In this document: in pieces, positions 36,741 to 51,690 of the stretch
How the letters are laid out: every line of letters begins with the position of its first letter
Position numbering within the stretch: the stretch's first letter is position 1
Assembly (NCBI GenBank): GCA_951406725.2
Contig: OX597840.1
Coordinates: forward strand, 18,724,001 to 18,788,000
Source: Octopus vulgaris
Lineage: Eukaryota
Reading direction: 5' to 3'
DNA: 64,000 nt
The notes under the pieces: model-generated
Databases searched by the model: none
Seen by the model: the letters and a program-made list of their open reading frames with translations, nothing else
What the model was told of the DNA's origin: nothing
Position numbers and translations under genes: made by a program

Positions 36741-36954
36741 CAGATCCAATTAATAAAGAATACATTGTGGTTTTCAAAGTATCTTTTAAAATATATAATA
36801 TCTATAACAACAAAGATACCAATGGTTAATAGGCCTACCCCAGCACATAGTGATGTCCCTCTCTCTCACATTAAACTAGGGTATCTCGTATAATGATCTG
36901 TCAGTGGCTCTGATGTACCCTATTCTTTATCCTTTTCTTTCTTTTGTCTTACAT

Positions 36955-37190
36955 AAAACGTCAAAACCAAAACAGGTACGCAACGACGCGTGCGCGCCTG
37001 GTGTCGCGAAAGGCCTGGCAGGAGGTTCGACCCTCCCGAGTTCTTTTACATGGCTTAAAAACGCCGAAGGACTGCTGTAATAAATGTGGAGAATCTGAGA
37101 GGGGAATACGTTGAATAAAATCATAATTCACTGATCCTCTTGTGCTTTCTTTTATCCAAAGCCAGGAACTTTTCAACACCCTCACGTATA
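36955..37190 (-). mobile_element. Mariner-like non-autonomous terminal fragment
   Basis: Minus strand TA-CGTGAGGGTGTTGAAAAGTTCCTGGC resembles a mariner TIR; no second end seen. Confidence 0.45.
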
Positions 37191-37211
37191 TCATTGAGCA
37201 ATACGTTACTG

Positions 37212-37639
37212 AGTACTACTAGCGAACAGTGGTCCCGGTGCGCGCACTCGCGCTAGCTAGTCGTAAGTAGTCGATCCTACAACGACTTTTTAACCCTAAC
37301 CCTAACCGTAGTTTGTTAATAAAAATAATTGGCGAACCTTCGGTATAAGTACCGGATACATTTCAAGAAAGTGTTTTTTATATATATGGGGGGGGGAAGG
37401 GTTTCTGTTATCTTCAGAAATGTAAACAAAGCCACGTGTGTACTTATACCGAAGGATCGCCAAATAATTTATTTACTTAGTTTTAAAAAATTATTTCCTT
37501 TGTTCGAAAAATATTTAATTTTCTTTGATATGTATTCAGCCTTGAAATATAAACATACGCGCAAGTCGTTGTAGGATCGACTACTTACGACTAGCTAGCG
37601 CGAGTGCGCGCACCGGGACCACTGTTCGCTAGTAGTACC
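37212..37639. mobile_element. GGTACTA-ended foldback MITE with a nested GGCGA-ended MITE (37331-37461)
   Basis: 9-bp TSD ACGTTACTG (37203-11, 37640-48); near-perfect TIRs of about 77 bp; inner element with 8-bp TSD AAATAATT. Confidence 0.9.
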
Positions 37640-37947
37640 ACGTTACTGGTTTTGGCGTACAAATACTGCGCGCACTTTTTCTACTGATGGATAACCAACT
37701 CAAAATAGACATTACCGTGTACCTTCCCAGATTACATAAACACAGAAATCTGTAAATAATGGTTGCAAATGATGGAACAAGACAAGGCCAGAAGTATTTG
37801 GGAGAAGGGCCAAGACGGTTACATCGGATCCCAATGTTCTGGTATTCATTTAATGGACCCCGAAGGAATAAAAGGCAAAGTCAACCTTAGCGGAATGTGA
37901 ACTCAGAACATGAAGATGACAGAAATATATAAATATCCATAATCTAT

Positions 37948-38348
37948 AATACTTACTTCGATCCTATTTATGAAGATCTCACAATATGTTGAATCAGTCG
38001 CTCTATGTCAGTGTATAAATAATACTTAAATATTAATATAGATTCAGAGTAAAATAAGTCGCATTAATCACAGTGAATTAAATATTACTTTACACTGTTA
38101 ATTAGCGATCATTTATATTTAATTAGAGCCCGTTAAATATCATTTGTAAAGCAGAATTATTCAATTACGAAAGACGTGGATGGAACAAAAGCTGGAAATC
38201 GAAAGGGGAAACCGACAGGGGAACCAACTCTAGCTAGACTTTCGGACATCAGCATCGGTGTTGAGATTTCCCATTATCCCATTCAGTGTTTTCCCGTTTA
38301 CTTTCAATTACGTTCGGTTTCATAGAGAACAGGATGATGGCGATTTCT
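37948..38348 (-). promoter_or_regulatory. Putative promoter/first exon of ZNF gene 2, interrupted by the SINE array
   Basis: Donor GAA|GTAAGT near 37951-56; homologous block resumes at 39850. Confidence 0.55.
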
Positions 38349-38350
38349 AA

Positions 38351-39849
38351 GGCGGCGAGCTGGCAGAAACGTTAGCATGCCGGGCGAAATGCGTAGCCGT
38401 AGTTCGTACGCCGTTACGTTCTGAGTTCAAATTCCGCCGAGGTCGACTTTGCCTTTCATCCTTTCGGGGTGGATTAACTACGTGCCAGTTACGCACTGGG
38501 GTCGATGTAATCGACTTAATCTGTTTGCCTGTCCTTGTTTGTCCCCTCTATGTTTAGCCCCTTGTGGGTAATAAAGAAATAGGTATTTCGTCTGCCGTTA
38601 CGTTCTGAGTTCAAATTCCGCCGAGGTCGACTTTGCCTTTCATCCTTTCGGGGTGGATTAACTAAGTGCCAGTTACGCACTGGGGTCGGTGTAATCGACT
38701 TAATCCGTTTGTCTGACCTCTCTGTGTTTAGCCCCTTGTGGGTAGTAAAGAAGTAGGTATTTCGTCTGTCGCTACGTTCTGAGTTCAAATTCCGGCGAGG
38801 TCGATTTTGCCTTTCATCCTTTTGGGGTCGATAAATAAAGTACCAGTTATGCACTGTGGTCGATGTAATCGACTTAATCCGTTTCCCTGTCCTTGTTTGT
38901 CCCCTCTATGTTTAGCCCCTTGTGGGTAGTAAAGAAATAGGTATTTCGTCTGCCGTTACGTTCTGAGTTCAAATTCCACAGAGGTCGACTTTGCCTTTCA
39001 TCCTTTCAGGGTCGATAAATTAAGTACCAGTTATGCACTGGGGTTGATGTAATCGACTTAATCCCTTTGTTTGTCCTTGTTTGTTCCCTCTGTGTTTAGC
39101 CCCTTGTGGGTAGTAAAGAAATAGGTATTTCGTCTGCCGTTACGTTCTGAGTTCAAATTCCGCCGAGGTCGACTTTGCCTTTCATCCTTTCGGGGTGGAT
39201 TAACTAAGTGCCAGTTACGCACTGGGGTCGGTGTAATCGACTTAATCCGTTTGTCTGACCTCTCTGTGTTTAGCCCCTTGTGGGTAGTAAAGAAGTAGGT
39301 ATTTCGTCTGTCGCTACGTTCTGAGTTCAAATTCCGGCGAGGTCGATTTTGCCTTTCATCCTTTTGGGGTCGATAAATAAAGTACCAGTTATGCACTGTG
39401 GTCGATGTAATCGACTTAATCCGTTTCCCTGTCCTTGTTTGTCCCCTCTATGTTTAGCCCCTTGTGGGTAGTAAAGAAATAGGTATTTCGTCTGCCGTTA
39501 CGTTCTGAGTTCAAATTCCACAGAGGTCGACTTTGCCTTTCATCCTTTCAGGGTCGATAAATTAAGTACCAGTTATGCACTGGGGTTGATGTAATCGACT
39601 TAATCCCTTTGTTTGTCCTTGTTTGTTCCCTCTGTGTTTAGCCCCTTGTGGGTAGTAAAGAAATAGGTATTTCGTCTGCCGTTACGTTCTGAGTTCAAAT
39701 TCCACAGAGGTCGACTTTGCCTTTCATCCTTTCAGGGTCGATAAATTAAGTACCAGTTACGCATTGGAGTCGATGTAATCGACTTAATCCGTTTGTCTGT
39801 CTTTGTTTGTCCCCTCTATGTGTAGCCCCTTGTGGGTAGTAAAAGATAT
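38351..39849 (+). repeat. SINE family B tandem octamer (one head, eight bodies of about 175-184 bp)
   Basis: Single head GGCGGCGAGCTGGCAG; repeated junction; flanking 18-bp TSD AGGATGAT(G/A)GCGATTTCT (38331-48, 39850-67). Confidence 0.92.
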
Positions 39850-40467
39850 AGGATGATAGCGATTTCTGGCGGCCCACTTTCATTTCAGATTACCCAACTC
39901 AAATCCCACCCCAAATGTTCGTGGCTCTTGTAACAAATAAAAGTATTATTATTCTGGCTATCATCATCATCATTACTCATTTTTTTTTCCAGCAACTGGA
40001 AATTATAATAACTACCAATAAATTGTAGAAGGACTCTGAATTTAAAATCAGTCTCAAGTTACGGTAGAAGTGACCATCGCAGAAATCTAATTGTTCTAAC
40101 CATAACCAGTTCCATCTTCAGAAACTGGATTCTTACAATGTACAGGTGTATCTGTTTGCTGGTCAAACTGAATGGCTACTCATCACAATTTTATTTTTAA
40201 ATCACACACTCACTCTGGCAAAGATAACACCTCTCGTTGTTTTACTCAGTTTTGGCACTGGGGTGTTTGCTGTGCAGGATGGAGATGCTGAGAGATAGCA
40301 TGGTTGACCTGGGACACGAGAGTAGTGTTTGCATTGAGGAACGGATGTCACTGTTCTGGGTGTTAACACACATCATAGACGAAAGTGATTGGCATCGTTC
40401 TGGGAGAGTAACAGTAAGATGCACTGATTCAGAGAAATGTTTGTGTGTTTCAAGTAAGTCTATGTAG

Positions 40468-40818
40468 GGGGCCGTTGCCAGCCTCCCGTGGCACCTGTGC
40501 CGGTGGCATATAAAAAGCACCATCCGCACGTGGTCGATGCCAGTGCTGCCTTGACTGGCTTCTGTGCCGGTGGCACGTAAAAATCACCGGCCAATTGTGG
40601 CAGTTGCCAGCCCCCTCTGGCACCTGTGCCGGTGGCACATAAAAAGAACCCACTACATTCTCGGAGTGGTTGGCGTTAGGAAGGGCATCTAGATGTAGAA
40701 TCACTGCCAGACCAGACTGGAGCCTGGTGCAGCCTCCTGGCTTCCCAGACCCCCGGTCGAACTGTCCAACCCATGCTGGCATGGAAAACGGACGTTAAAC
40801 GATGATGATAATGATGAT
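40468..40818 (+). mobile_element. RTE-tailed SINE family D
   Basis: Same element and flanks as 31048-31382. Confidence 0.8.
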
Positions 40819-41040
40819 GGTTCATTTGTTTGACAGAGGGTTCAGTTTAGGCCCTTCAGGTCAGATTCAATCCAGGTCCACAGGTTGATAAATGCAGGAA
40901 GAAGTTCCAAAATGAGTGGCCCCTGTGATTTAGACATTAGCTGGGTGAAAAATGGGGAGCCTGCAGCCATCTTAATGGCTAAACGAGGAATTTTCAAAGA
41001 TATATAAAATTTGAGAGAAAATCCTTTAACTGGATATAAC

Positions 41041-41046
41041 TTTATT
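41041..41046 (-). terminator. Putative poly(A) signal of ZNF gene 3
   Basis: AATAAA on the minus strand about 350 nt after the stop codon, in conserved context. Confidence 0.5.
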
Positions 41047-41390
41047 TAAAACTTAACTTTTCATGTAATTGTGAATTTTATAAATATCTGTAATATTACT
41101 TTATTGACAATTCTTTAAAATAATCATAATCGTGTTTATAAAAGAAATCTGAAAAAGAAATTAAAAGAAAAATTGCAATGGAGGTGCTTACTTTGAAACT
41201 AATACCAAAAAATGTTCCAATCTTCTGTTTTGATCACAATTACTCTGCTGAAGATATTTTCCTACATGAAAAAGCTTGTGTTTAGCTAAATCATCACTAC
41301 AAGAAAATGACATAACACAAATTTTGCATCAAAGTGGTTTCTCGCCTGTATGAATGTGTTTGTGCCAAAGACGTCACAGTGATATGGTTT

Positions 41391-41909
41391 CTATCCTTTA
41401 GGAATGCATTTGTGCCTTGTTAAGAAACCACTTTGGGAGAATGTTCTGCCACAGATATTACAGTGATATGGTTTCTCTCCTGTATGAGTACGTTTGTGTC
41501 TTGGTACAGTGCTGCTGTGAGAGAAGGATTTACCACAAATATCACACTGATATGGCTTTTCTCCTGAATGAGTGCGTTTGTGTCTTGTTAAGAAATCAGT
41601 TTGGGAGAATGTCCTTCCACAGATATCACAGTGATATGGTTTGTCCCCTGTATGAGTGCGATTGTGTCTTCTTAAAGCACCACTTATAGAGAATGATTTA
41701 CCACAGACATCACAGGGATATGGTTTCTCTCCTGTATGAATGCGTACATGTCTTGTTAAGGCATCACTTTTTGGGAAGCATTTGCCACAGACATCACAAT
41801 GATATGGCTTCTCTCCAGTATGAATGTCTTTGTGAATTTTGAGATTGCATTCTTGGGAGGACTTTTCAAATATGTCAAACTCATATGATTTTCCTGTCAC
41901 TCTTGGCAT
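41391..41909 (-). CDS. C2H2 zinc-finger protein, first finger degenerate (ZNF gene 3)
   Basis: 172-aa ORF; finger 1 has lost both Cys (YEFDIF); fingers 2-5 canonical; terminal HKC variant. Confidence 0.88.
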   Translation of the reverse strand: MPRVTGKSYEFDIFEKSSQECNLKIHKDIHTGEKPYHCDVCGKCFPKSDALTRHVRIHTGEKPYPCDVCGKSFSISGALRRHNRTHTGDKPYHCDICGRTFSQTDFLTRHKRTHSGEKPYQCDICGKSFSHSSTVPRHKRTHTGEKPYHCNICGRTFSQSGFLTRHKCIPKG

Positions 41910-42499
41910 CTCTCAAATAATATCTATCTTCTCAGCTTCTTACAAAATTAATTCCTACGATTCTTCCACAATCACCAGAAAACATCGACATTAAAAGTGT
42001 TTTTACTTCTTTCATTTTTATATTTTAATTATAAAGAAAATTTCTCTGAAATTGTTGCAGAGAAATAATTTCATCGAACAAGACATTTGTTGCTATCCAA
42101 AGGTGCTGTGAACTCCTGTGTGTAGATTTATCCAAGCTTAATTAGAATACAGAATCATCTTCAACACATTCCACACAGTGAAGCTGAGAAATATTCCTAT
42201 TAATCCCAGTTCAGAAGAAATAGTTTACAGTAATTCGTCAAAGATTTATATAGACAGGGTTACATCTTCCTTTAAGCATGATACGATGATGGGAATGATG
42301 TATCAGAAGTGAAGAATTCTCTTCAGTCAATGTCATCTGATGTCCTGAAATAATAGAGAAACAGAATAAGATAAGGAGGATAGTTGAGGAAATGAGATTC
42401 AACAGAGGAAATGTTACTATAGTTCTATATTGACAAATTGTAAACTTTAACATGAATTTACTCAATGTATTCTTCTATTTCCAAGATAAATATATGAGA

Positions 42500-42863
42500 C
42501 TAGCACTATAACCCAGCAACACTGGGTCATACAGCTAGTGCGTGCATATACAGCTGTGTGCATGCGCACATACACACAAGTACTGTCCAAATCTCCGACC
42601 AGTCACATACAACTAGCTGGCATTCAATTGGCGTATCAAGTTTCAGGCATTTTGATTGGGTTTTGGATAGAAAATTCACAAAAAAGTCACTTCTATTGAT
42701 TTTTTAATGGCTTTGCAGGGTGACTGGAGAAATGTAAAGATGTGCACGACCACCTTTGGACGGTTTTGAATGACCCTAGAAAGTGCGAGCCCTCTAACTG
42801 AAAAATTGTGGATTTGTATAAAGGATACACACGCAGACATTTTGCCATTTATATATATAGAGA
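42500..42863 (-). mobile_element. Non-autonomous Helitron
   Basis: Minus strand begins TCTCTATATATATAAATGGCAAAATGTCTG and ends with hairpin ACCCAG..CTGGGT plus CTAG. Confidence 0.65.
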
Positions 42864-42926
42864 TTAGAGTGTTTATAGTATGGAAGTAAATAGGTGTTGT
42901 CTGTCTATCTATCTATCTGACAGTCA

Positions 42927-43360
42927 TTACTGGGTTCTCCTGCTTGAGTGGCATGGTGCAGAGTCCTGTTGCCAGACATAGGGTCTTCCAGCAGCCACCC
43001 TCTTCACCCAGGACAGCACTACCTCCTCCAGGCACTTGATGTAGGCCTCCGTGTTGAGTGTCAGGCCGTGTGGGAAGATTATTGGAGGCATAACGTCACC
43101 ATCACTAACGATCACTCCAAACACCATGATGTTGACTGGATGTATGATTTTTATCACTCTCTGTACATGTTCACATGGGAGCTTCTGGTGTAAATGCTAA
43201 GCGGGTACAGCATGTCATTTCCAAATTTCTGGCAGAGTGAATCTGCATCTGTTTTTCTCACAGACAGTGCCCAACTGACTCTACTATACTATGTTGTCAA
43301 CAAAATCAAAAACATGCGCAAAATTAAAAATATAAAATGGCAATAATTTACCCATCACAA
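42927..43360 (-). mobile_element. Tc1/mariner-superfamily transposase fragment, internally deleted
   Basis: HPVNIMVFGVIVSDGDVMPP..YVWQQDSAPCH. Confidence 0.82.
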
Positions 43361-43368
43361 TCTGTATG

Positions 43369-43419
<51 letters not shown>

Positions 43420-45219
43420 ATGTATATATATATATATATTTATCTTCTTTCAATCTGCAGAGAAATGGCTAAAATTTGCCCACATGTTACAAATATATTA
43501 TATCATATCATACCTTGATAATCCAAGCCTAGGGGGAAGAGTAATGCAATATGTTTGGTTTGAATTTCAGATGGCTTAAGTGGGGCAGAGCCTCTATGAA
43601 AATTCATAAATTTTTGATGGTGTATGAAATTTCAACCATGGGTAATTGACACACATCAAGAAGTATTCTCAAAGTTTCCACTTCACATGACGATTCTAAG
43701 ACACCCTAATGGGGGCCTTAACTCACAAATTTTAGTCATTTCTTTTATGATCCAAAACTAGGTCAAAAGTACTGAATAAATCTTTCCAAAATTTGGAAAT
43801 TATATTCTATGCATAAGGGCCATAGCCCCCATGACAATTCATATATTTTTGCTGTTGATGAAATTTTAACCATAGATATTAGACACAAATGAAGTAATAG
43901 TTATAAAATTTCATCTTCTTACAAGTTAGAAAGACCCCTTCATGGGGACTTAACACCCACAATTTACTCATTTTATCTAAGCAAAGACGAATACAGTTGT
44001 ACTCTTGGAAGCTGTAGGGTCACCCAAGCATAAAAGTTGAGCATTATTTCTAATTCAATGGTACATCAGTGTAAGAGTTTGCTTTGACATACATTGTGAT
44101 TCCTGCAATGTGGTGCATAAATTGTCAAGTAAATGAGAGGCATCTTTGCCTCCACTGATTCAGTTGCAAAGTGTTGAGTAAAGTTATTTGATTGCAGACC
44201 TCCTTTGAGTCTTTTTAGTATCACTGGGTCACACATAGACCCCAGATGGTAACATTGATTTCAAGGCCTTCCCAGATGAGTGACTGGTTATTCAAAGACA
44301 TTTATAGATTGTAAATTTATTCTGTCCAGCTACGTATCAGTATAGTGGTCATTTGCAAACTCCAGAGGTGACACTTTCATTTCTCCTTTAAAAATGTAAG
44401 TTTGTTTTATTTTCACCATGGAAATTAAGTTAGGTTGTATAAATGTCCTGTACCACCAACTGGACTATCAAAAGAAGGTAGGGCATGTTTTCTGTGTACG
44501 GTCGCAGTAGTGAAGGAGTGTGCATGGAGAACAGGAATGCAAAGAATCGAGACAGGATCCTTCATCTCTGGCACTGGTCTGCTATACTACTTCAGGTACC
44601 TGAAGAGCAGGATGGGGCTGGAGATGAGGTAACTGTTGCGAAGCATATATGAGAAAGGATGGAGGGATGTCGTGAGGAAGTTCGGAGTGACTGTCCCTAC
44701 TTAATTCCACCCGTGGTAAAAGCAAGGTGTAGTCGCTGGATTTCCATCTATTTGTTGTGATAATAAGTTAAAATAAAATACAATTTAAAATAAATTTTAA
44801 ATTGTATATACATTGTAAATAGGATTCATCCTATTTTAAATTATAAACTCACCTAGCTCATCTATATGATTGTAACGTCCTGTATTGTCCCTCTTTGTGA
44901 AGATATTTATTATCATAATAAAGAAATTGCTTGGTTCGGCTGCTCTGCATTGATAAGGGGCAAATACCCTGGAACTAGTCTGTAGTTGGCAGACCAGCAA
45001 GGGGAAGCGGCTGACCTCCTCTATTCGAAGGTTATAATGGACACAGGTTCGTGTGTCACATAGCTAGCTGGAGGCGATGGCCTCTTGGAGCTAATCAACG
45101 GCAGCATTTGTCCTATTTTTCTGGACTGCCATGTTAGCTTGGCAATAACTATTAATATCCAGTACTGCTGTCGTAGTCTCCTTTAGAGAGACTTAGAAAT
45201 ATTAATATTTCTATATATA

Positions 45220-45512
45220 GGCGCAGTGGCTGTGTGGTAAGTAGCTTGTTTACCAACCACATGGTTCCGGGTTCAGTCCCACTGCGTGGAACCTTGGGCA
45301 AGTGTCTTCTACTATAGCCTCGGGTCGACCAAAGCCTTGTGAGTGGATTTGGTAGACGGAAACTGAAAGAAGCCCGTCGTATATATGAATATATATATGC
45401 GTGTGTGTGTTTGTCCCCCTAGCATTGCTTGACAACTGATGCTGGTGTGTTTATGTCCCCGTTACTTAGCGGTTCGGCAAAAGAAACCGATAGAATAAGT
45501 ACTGGGCTTACA
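45220..45512 (+). mobile_element. SINE family A, 3'-truncated
   Basis: Family A head and body. Confidence 0.85.
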
Positions 45513-45625
45513 ATACATCGTGTGCATTTCTTCTCACTGGGGTACAACTGACTCGAAATATATATCAACACATGTGCGTGCGCATTCCCAAAATACACAC
45601 ACACACATAAATATGTAAATATTAA

Positions 45626-46120
45626 CAATACTTACTCAGATCTAGTTAAATTATCACATTCATTCAAGTAGGCGTTCGATCACAGGATATAATACGTAAC
45701 TATTAATATATACGCAGTTAAAATACGTGACCATATGCCCTGTGATTTAAATATTACTTTACACAGTTAAGTACGAGTCACCCAGTCATGTATATATAAT
45801 TGGTTCCTGTTAATAACAGACGTAAAGTGGGACCAATTATAGACGGGTCTAAAACGAAAGCAGGAAATCGAATTGGGAAGGTTTAATTGACAGGGGAACT
45901 AACTCTCGCTCTACTTTCAACATCAATCTCGGTGTAACGATTTCCCATTACCTCCGTTTGGCTTATTTCCCGGTGACTTGCAATCGAGTTGAGATTACCT
46001 GAGGACAGGGTGGAAGCGATTTCATACTGCCCTCTTTCATTTCAGACCATCCCACTCACACCCCTCCACGAATGTTCGTTGCTCTAATGGCAAATAACAG
46101 TATTATTATCATTATCATAA
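45626..46120 (-). promoter_or_regulatory. Putative promoter/first exon of ZNF gene 3
   Basis: Donor TGA|GTAAGT at about 45630-35; homologous cassette. Confidence 0.55.
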
Positions 46121-46261
46121 TAACTTCTTTTGGTTTTTGGATTTGGTTTGCAAGATTCTTTATGTGAGTTCGCGTGTTGAAGCATATTTTATTGTCTGCG
46201 GAGACTCATTGTCTTTTAGTGCTTTATTATCTAATACAAATACCACAACAATATGGCTTGT

Positions 46262-47788
<1,527 letters not shown>

Positions 47789-48272
47789 CTCTCAAGAAAA
47801 TATGTCAACACTTTCAGTTTCTCACAAAATTCATTTATCCTGATTTCCTCTATCAACTGAATTTATGGATATTAAGAATAGCTTTACTTAATAGTCTTTA
47901 AAAAGAAATTATTGGTATTATTTAATCAACGAATATCTCTCCGCTATATTTCCATCAACTGAGATATTTACTGCTATGCAAAGATGTTGTGAAATCCTTT
48001 GTAAATTTGCCCAAGTTTAACTAGAATACTGCATCATCTTGTACAAATTCCAGAGATTGACGAATTTCCCTATTCATCCCAGTTCTGAAGAAATATTTTA
48101 CAGTAATTCACTATAGATTTATATAAACAGGGTTATAGCCATCATGTAAATATAGTTCTATAGTTTCATCTTAATTGTTGATGGCTGAGATAACCATTTC
48201 CTTAATCTGCAACATATTCTTTCACTCATCTATGAAAGTTTATCACACAATCACTCAGTCATTCGTCTCTAA

Positions 48273-48547
48273 TTTTGTCTTAGAGTTGCTGAAGCATGGA
48301 ACAAACTGCCAGCATCAGTTGTTAGTTGTCGGAGCACTGCATCCTTCAAAACTTCCATGCTTCCTGTGATTCGCCAACACTACACCTGATTTTCTCCCTC
48401 CATACACACGCAAGCATCTATCTGACTCATACACTGTTCGCTTCCCAGACATTTGTACATTACTGCATATGCTTTATACGCACTTTCTGTCAAGTTGTAG
48501 TGCACCTGAGCACTGTATACAATAATTTCATTATTATTATTATTATA
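48273..48547 (+). mobile_element. CR1/L2-type LINE 3' end
   Basis: RVAEAWNKLPASVV..SFK followed by a 3'UTR and an (ATT)n tail. Confidence 0.7.
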
Positions 48548-49019
48548 ACATTTGCTGTCTCGTTAATTAACTTTGCCACTCAATCCCGAAACCATTCCTC
48601 CCACTTGTTGTGACCTCACCCTCTCTGGCTTACTTTATGTCTATCTATCTGTTTCTCTGTCTTCACTCTGTCTGTCACTTTCTCTCTTAATACCAAGCGC
48701 TCGCCCACGTTTGCTAGTTCGCTGTTCACCCGCCCTCCCAACCCCTCCACCTGTACCGAAAGTCCCTATTTTGTCATCCTTTGGTTGTCTCCCTTGAACA
48801 CTTCCAAAGGCCTTACTCCATCCCCATCCCTACTATATAAGGTAGTGATCATACAGTGCAAAATATGATAGTTTAGTGTACGAAGGTTGAACTTAAGACT
48901 ATTGTTTGCTTATGTATTCTGCCAAATGCGAGCTCTCTTTTCAAGTACATGACGCCACTGTACCCCGTCCCAGAAAGTAATCGCTTCTATTCCTAGGGTG
49001 TGGGGTATGTTTGAATAAA

Positions 49020-50335
49020 GGTTAATTATGTCGAAGGATACTAGAAGGGTTTTCTCATTGACCATTGTTGGGAGGTGGTTAAGCATGTCTATATCGTCTC
49101 TTACGTAGCTTTTGATGTGCTTAAGGAAAGGTTTCAGAAGTGTGTCTAAGAAGTTGCTGAGGCGGTGAGTTTCACATCCTGGACCTGCTATTATCGGTCA
49201 AGTTTAAGATCATTCGGTGAAGGGATTTTGATGAGTATGTCAGTAGACTTTTTGCATGTTTCACTAATTATTTGGTTTTTGTGGGTTTTAGGGACACCGT
49301 AGAATAAACTTGATTTGCACTTAAATTTAGTAATGTAATCATACTCCTTGTCTGTGAGTCCTTCTCGTTATGTGTTGATTAGTGTCCTGAGGTTATTCAT
49401 TATTTTTGGTTGATTATAATGTTGGGCCCTTTCATAATATGTCTCATCACCTAATAGGGATAGTACTAAATTTTTATAATCATTTGTATTCATTATGAAT
49501 AGGTGCAGGAGTGGCTGTGTGGTAAGTAGCTTGCTTACCAACCACATGGTTCCGAGTTCAGTCCCACTACGTGGCATCTTGGGCAAGTGTTTTCTGCTAT
49601 AGCCTTGGGCCGACCAATGTCTTGTGAGTGGATTTGGTAGATGGAAACTGAAAGAAGCCTGTCGCATATATGTATATGTATGTGTGTGTATATGTTTGTC
49701 CACCCAACATTGCTTGACAACCGATGCCGGTGTGTTTACGTCCCCATCACTTAGTGGTTCGGCAAAAAGAGACCGATAGAATAAGTACTGGGCTTACAAA
49801 GAATAAGTCCCGGGGTCGATTTGCTCGACTAAAGGCGGTGCTCCAGCATGGCCACAGTCAAATGACTGAAACAGTCAAATGACTGAAACAAGTAAAAGAA
49901 AAAGAGAGAGAAAGAGATTAAAACTACCACGTTGCCCTTATCTGCCTCCTTGATTGTTATTGTTTTATCTTAGTTTGATGAGGTCGTTCCATTCTCTTTT
50001 GTTGAAGTTTGGGCTGTATTTTCGCATATTGGTGAGTTGAAAAGGGAAATTGGTTATGTGGTCACAATAGCGGTCTAAGGCTTTATTCTTTCCCTTAGTA
50101 GAGGCGTAGTCGCTGTTGTTTCTAGCTATTGATTCATCATGTATTTGTTTGCCCTGATATTCCTCGGCAAGTCTTAATTTCCGACAAAATTCCGAAATAT
50201 CGTCTTTCATTTCATAGTAATTTGGACGTTGTGGGGTTGGGGCATATTTAATTCTTTTGGAAAGTATGTTTATTTCGTTAGGTGTAAGTTCTTTATTTGA
50301 GAGATTGATTATTTTAATTACCTGTAGTTTCTTTT
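49020..50335 (-). mobile_element. Penelope-like element RT N-terminal remnant, split by a SINE
   Basis: IINLSNKELT..LSKRIKYAPTP..FCRKLRL, IKEADKG, FYGVPKTHK, IIAGPGCETHRLSNFLD..YVRD. Confidence 0.82.
49502..49915 (+). mobile_element. SINE family A, full length
   Basis: Complete match to the family A consensus. Confidence 0.88.
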
Positions 50336-50522
50336 GTTTATATATACACACATACATACATATATATATAAGAGTTGGCAGAATTGTTGAAAGGCTTTGC
50401 CAGAGTTCATGTACCGAGTTCAAATTTCGCCTGGGTCGACTTTACCACCATATAATATTTCAAGGGAAACAACTAGTACAGCGTAAGCTTACATAAAGAC
50501 ATTCTCACTATCTCCCATATGA

Positions 50523-50571
<49 letters not shown>

Positions 50572-50659
50572 GTTTTAAGGGAAGTAACTGTAATAAGAAA
50601 CATTTCACAAACACTATTCTAACTTCTTTCGATATTACCTCCCATAGGCTGTTGAATAT

Positions 50660-51690
50660 TACAGATGTGTGGTCTTCCGCGTCAGCTGCGTTGGTTTGAG
50701 CCTGCTGCTAGGGACGGCATTGTCGGCGGCAGACACTCTCATAGTGGTGCAGGGTACCACATATTGCGTACTTCTGGTTGTAGGCGGGGTATTTCCTCGT
50801 GCATTCCTGTACATGACGACTGTGGCCAAGTTTTCTTCAGTGACTTCAGGGGTTTGAGGTGGGTGTATCACGGAGTTCCCAGTTTTTTTGACGAAGAATT
50901 ACCGCTCCTGGTGTCCATACGAACCGCGGCGAGCTGGCAGAAACGTTAGAACGCCGGGCGAAATGCGTAGCCGTATTTCGTCTGCCGTTACGTTCTGAGT
51001 TCAAATTCCGCCGTGGTCGACTTTGCCTTTCATCCTTTCGGGGTCGATAAATTAAGTACCAGTTACGCACTGGGGTCGATGTAATCGACTTAATCCGTTT
51101 GTCTGTCCTTGTTTGTCCCCTCTATGTTTAGCCCCCTGTGGGTAGTAAAGAAATAGGTGGTTGAGGTGGTGCTCTGACCCACGAACCGGCTGGCTGAGCG
51201 TTTTCCGCTTTCTTTTGCCTCGATGTACTTCAGGGCTTCTTCCCGAGTCATGCCTTGATTGGAGTTACCGAGGATGTTAAGGCGGATCTCCTTGTACCCC
51301 AAACCACGTATGAGCGCATCGCGGACTATAACGTCACTGTAATCAATCGTGGCATGCCAGGCCTCCCAGGGGCATTCCACCTTGAAGTTGCACACCCCTA
51401 CCTGCCCTCGAAGATGTGCAGCGAATGTCCTGACCAGGTCGTCCCAGTCGTGGCACATTTTTTGTAGCTGCACACGAGCGACCATGACATTTTCTTGGCG
51501 GACTTAATGTGACTGAGGACTGTTCGCTCATCGCTGGAAGCCTAAGCGCCAAACATCCATCAGAGATCTTTTCTGAGGGTATCATTGCAACATCTGAGAA
51601 GCTGAATGACTAAGTCATTTCTCGTAAGACGAGTGGCTTGTTTGTAGTCTGACCATCTCAGCTCAAATTAAACCCACTCCTCGCTATTTC
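50660..51690 (-). mobile_element. Gypsy gag remnant (different family), split by a SINE B
   Basis: VRTFAAHLRGQ..C.F, IVRDALIRGL, YIEAKESG; degenerate knuckle PAYNQKYAICGTLHHYESVC. Confidence 0.72.
50927..51157 (+). mobile_element. SINE family B monomer, full length
   Basis: Head GCGGCGAGCTGGCAGAAACG to tail AAAGAAATAGGT. Confidence 0.88.

Noticed and set aside
38516-39396. Repeated RPQKDERQSRPRRNLNSE ORFs and PKVPRSGTEPGTMWL-type ORFs
   Set aside because: Antisense readings of SINE families B and A, not genes.
38351-39849. Regular repeat array resembling a CRISPR array or a hammerhead retrozyme array
   Set aside because: Units are whole SINE bodies with no unique spacers and no cas genes; I found no CUGANGA..GAAA core on either strand.
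44435-45190. Possible LTR plus PBS (TG start, AATAAA, TGGCAGACC)
   Set aside because: No second LTR, TSD or recognisable ORF; left unassigned.
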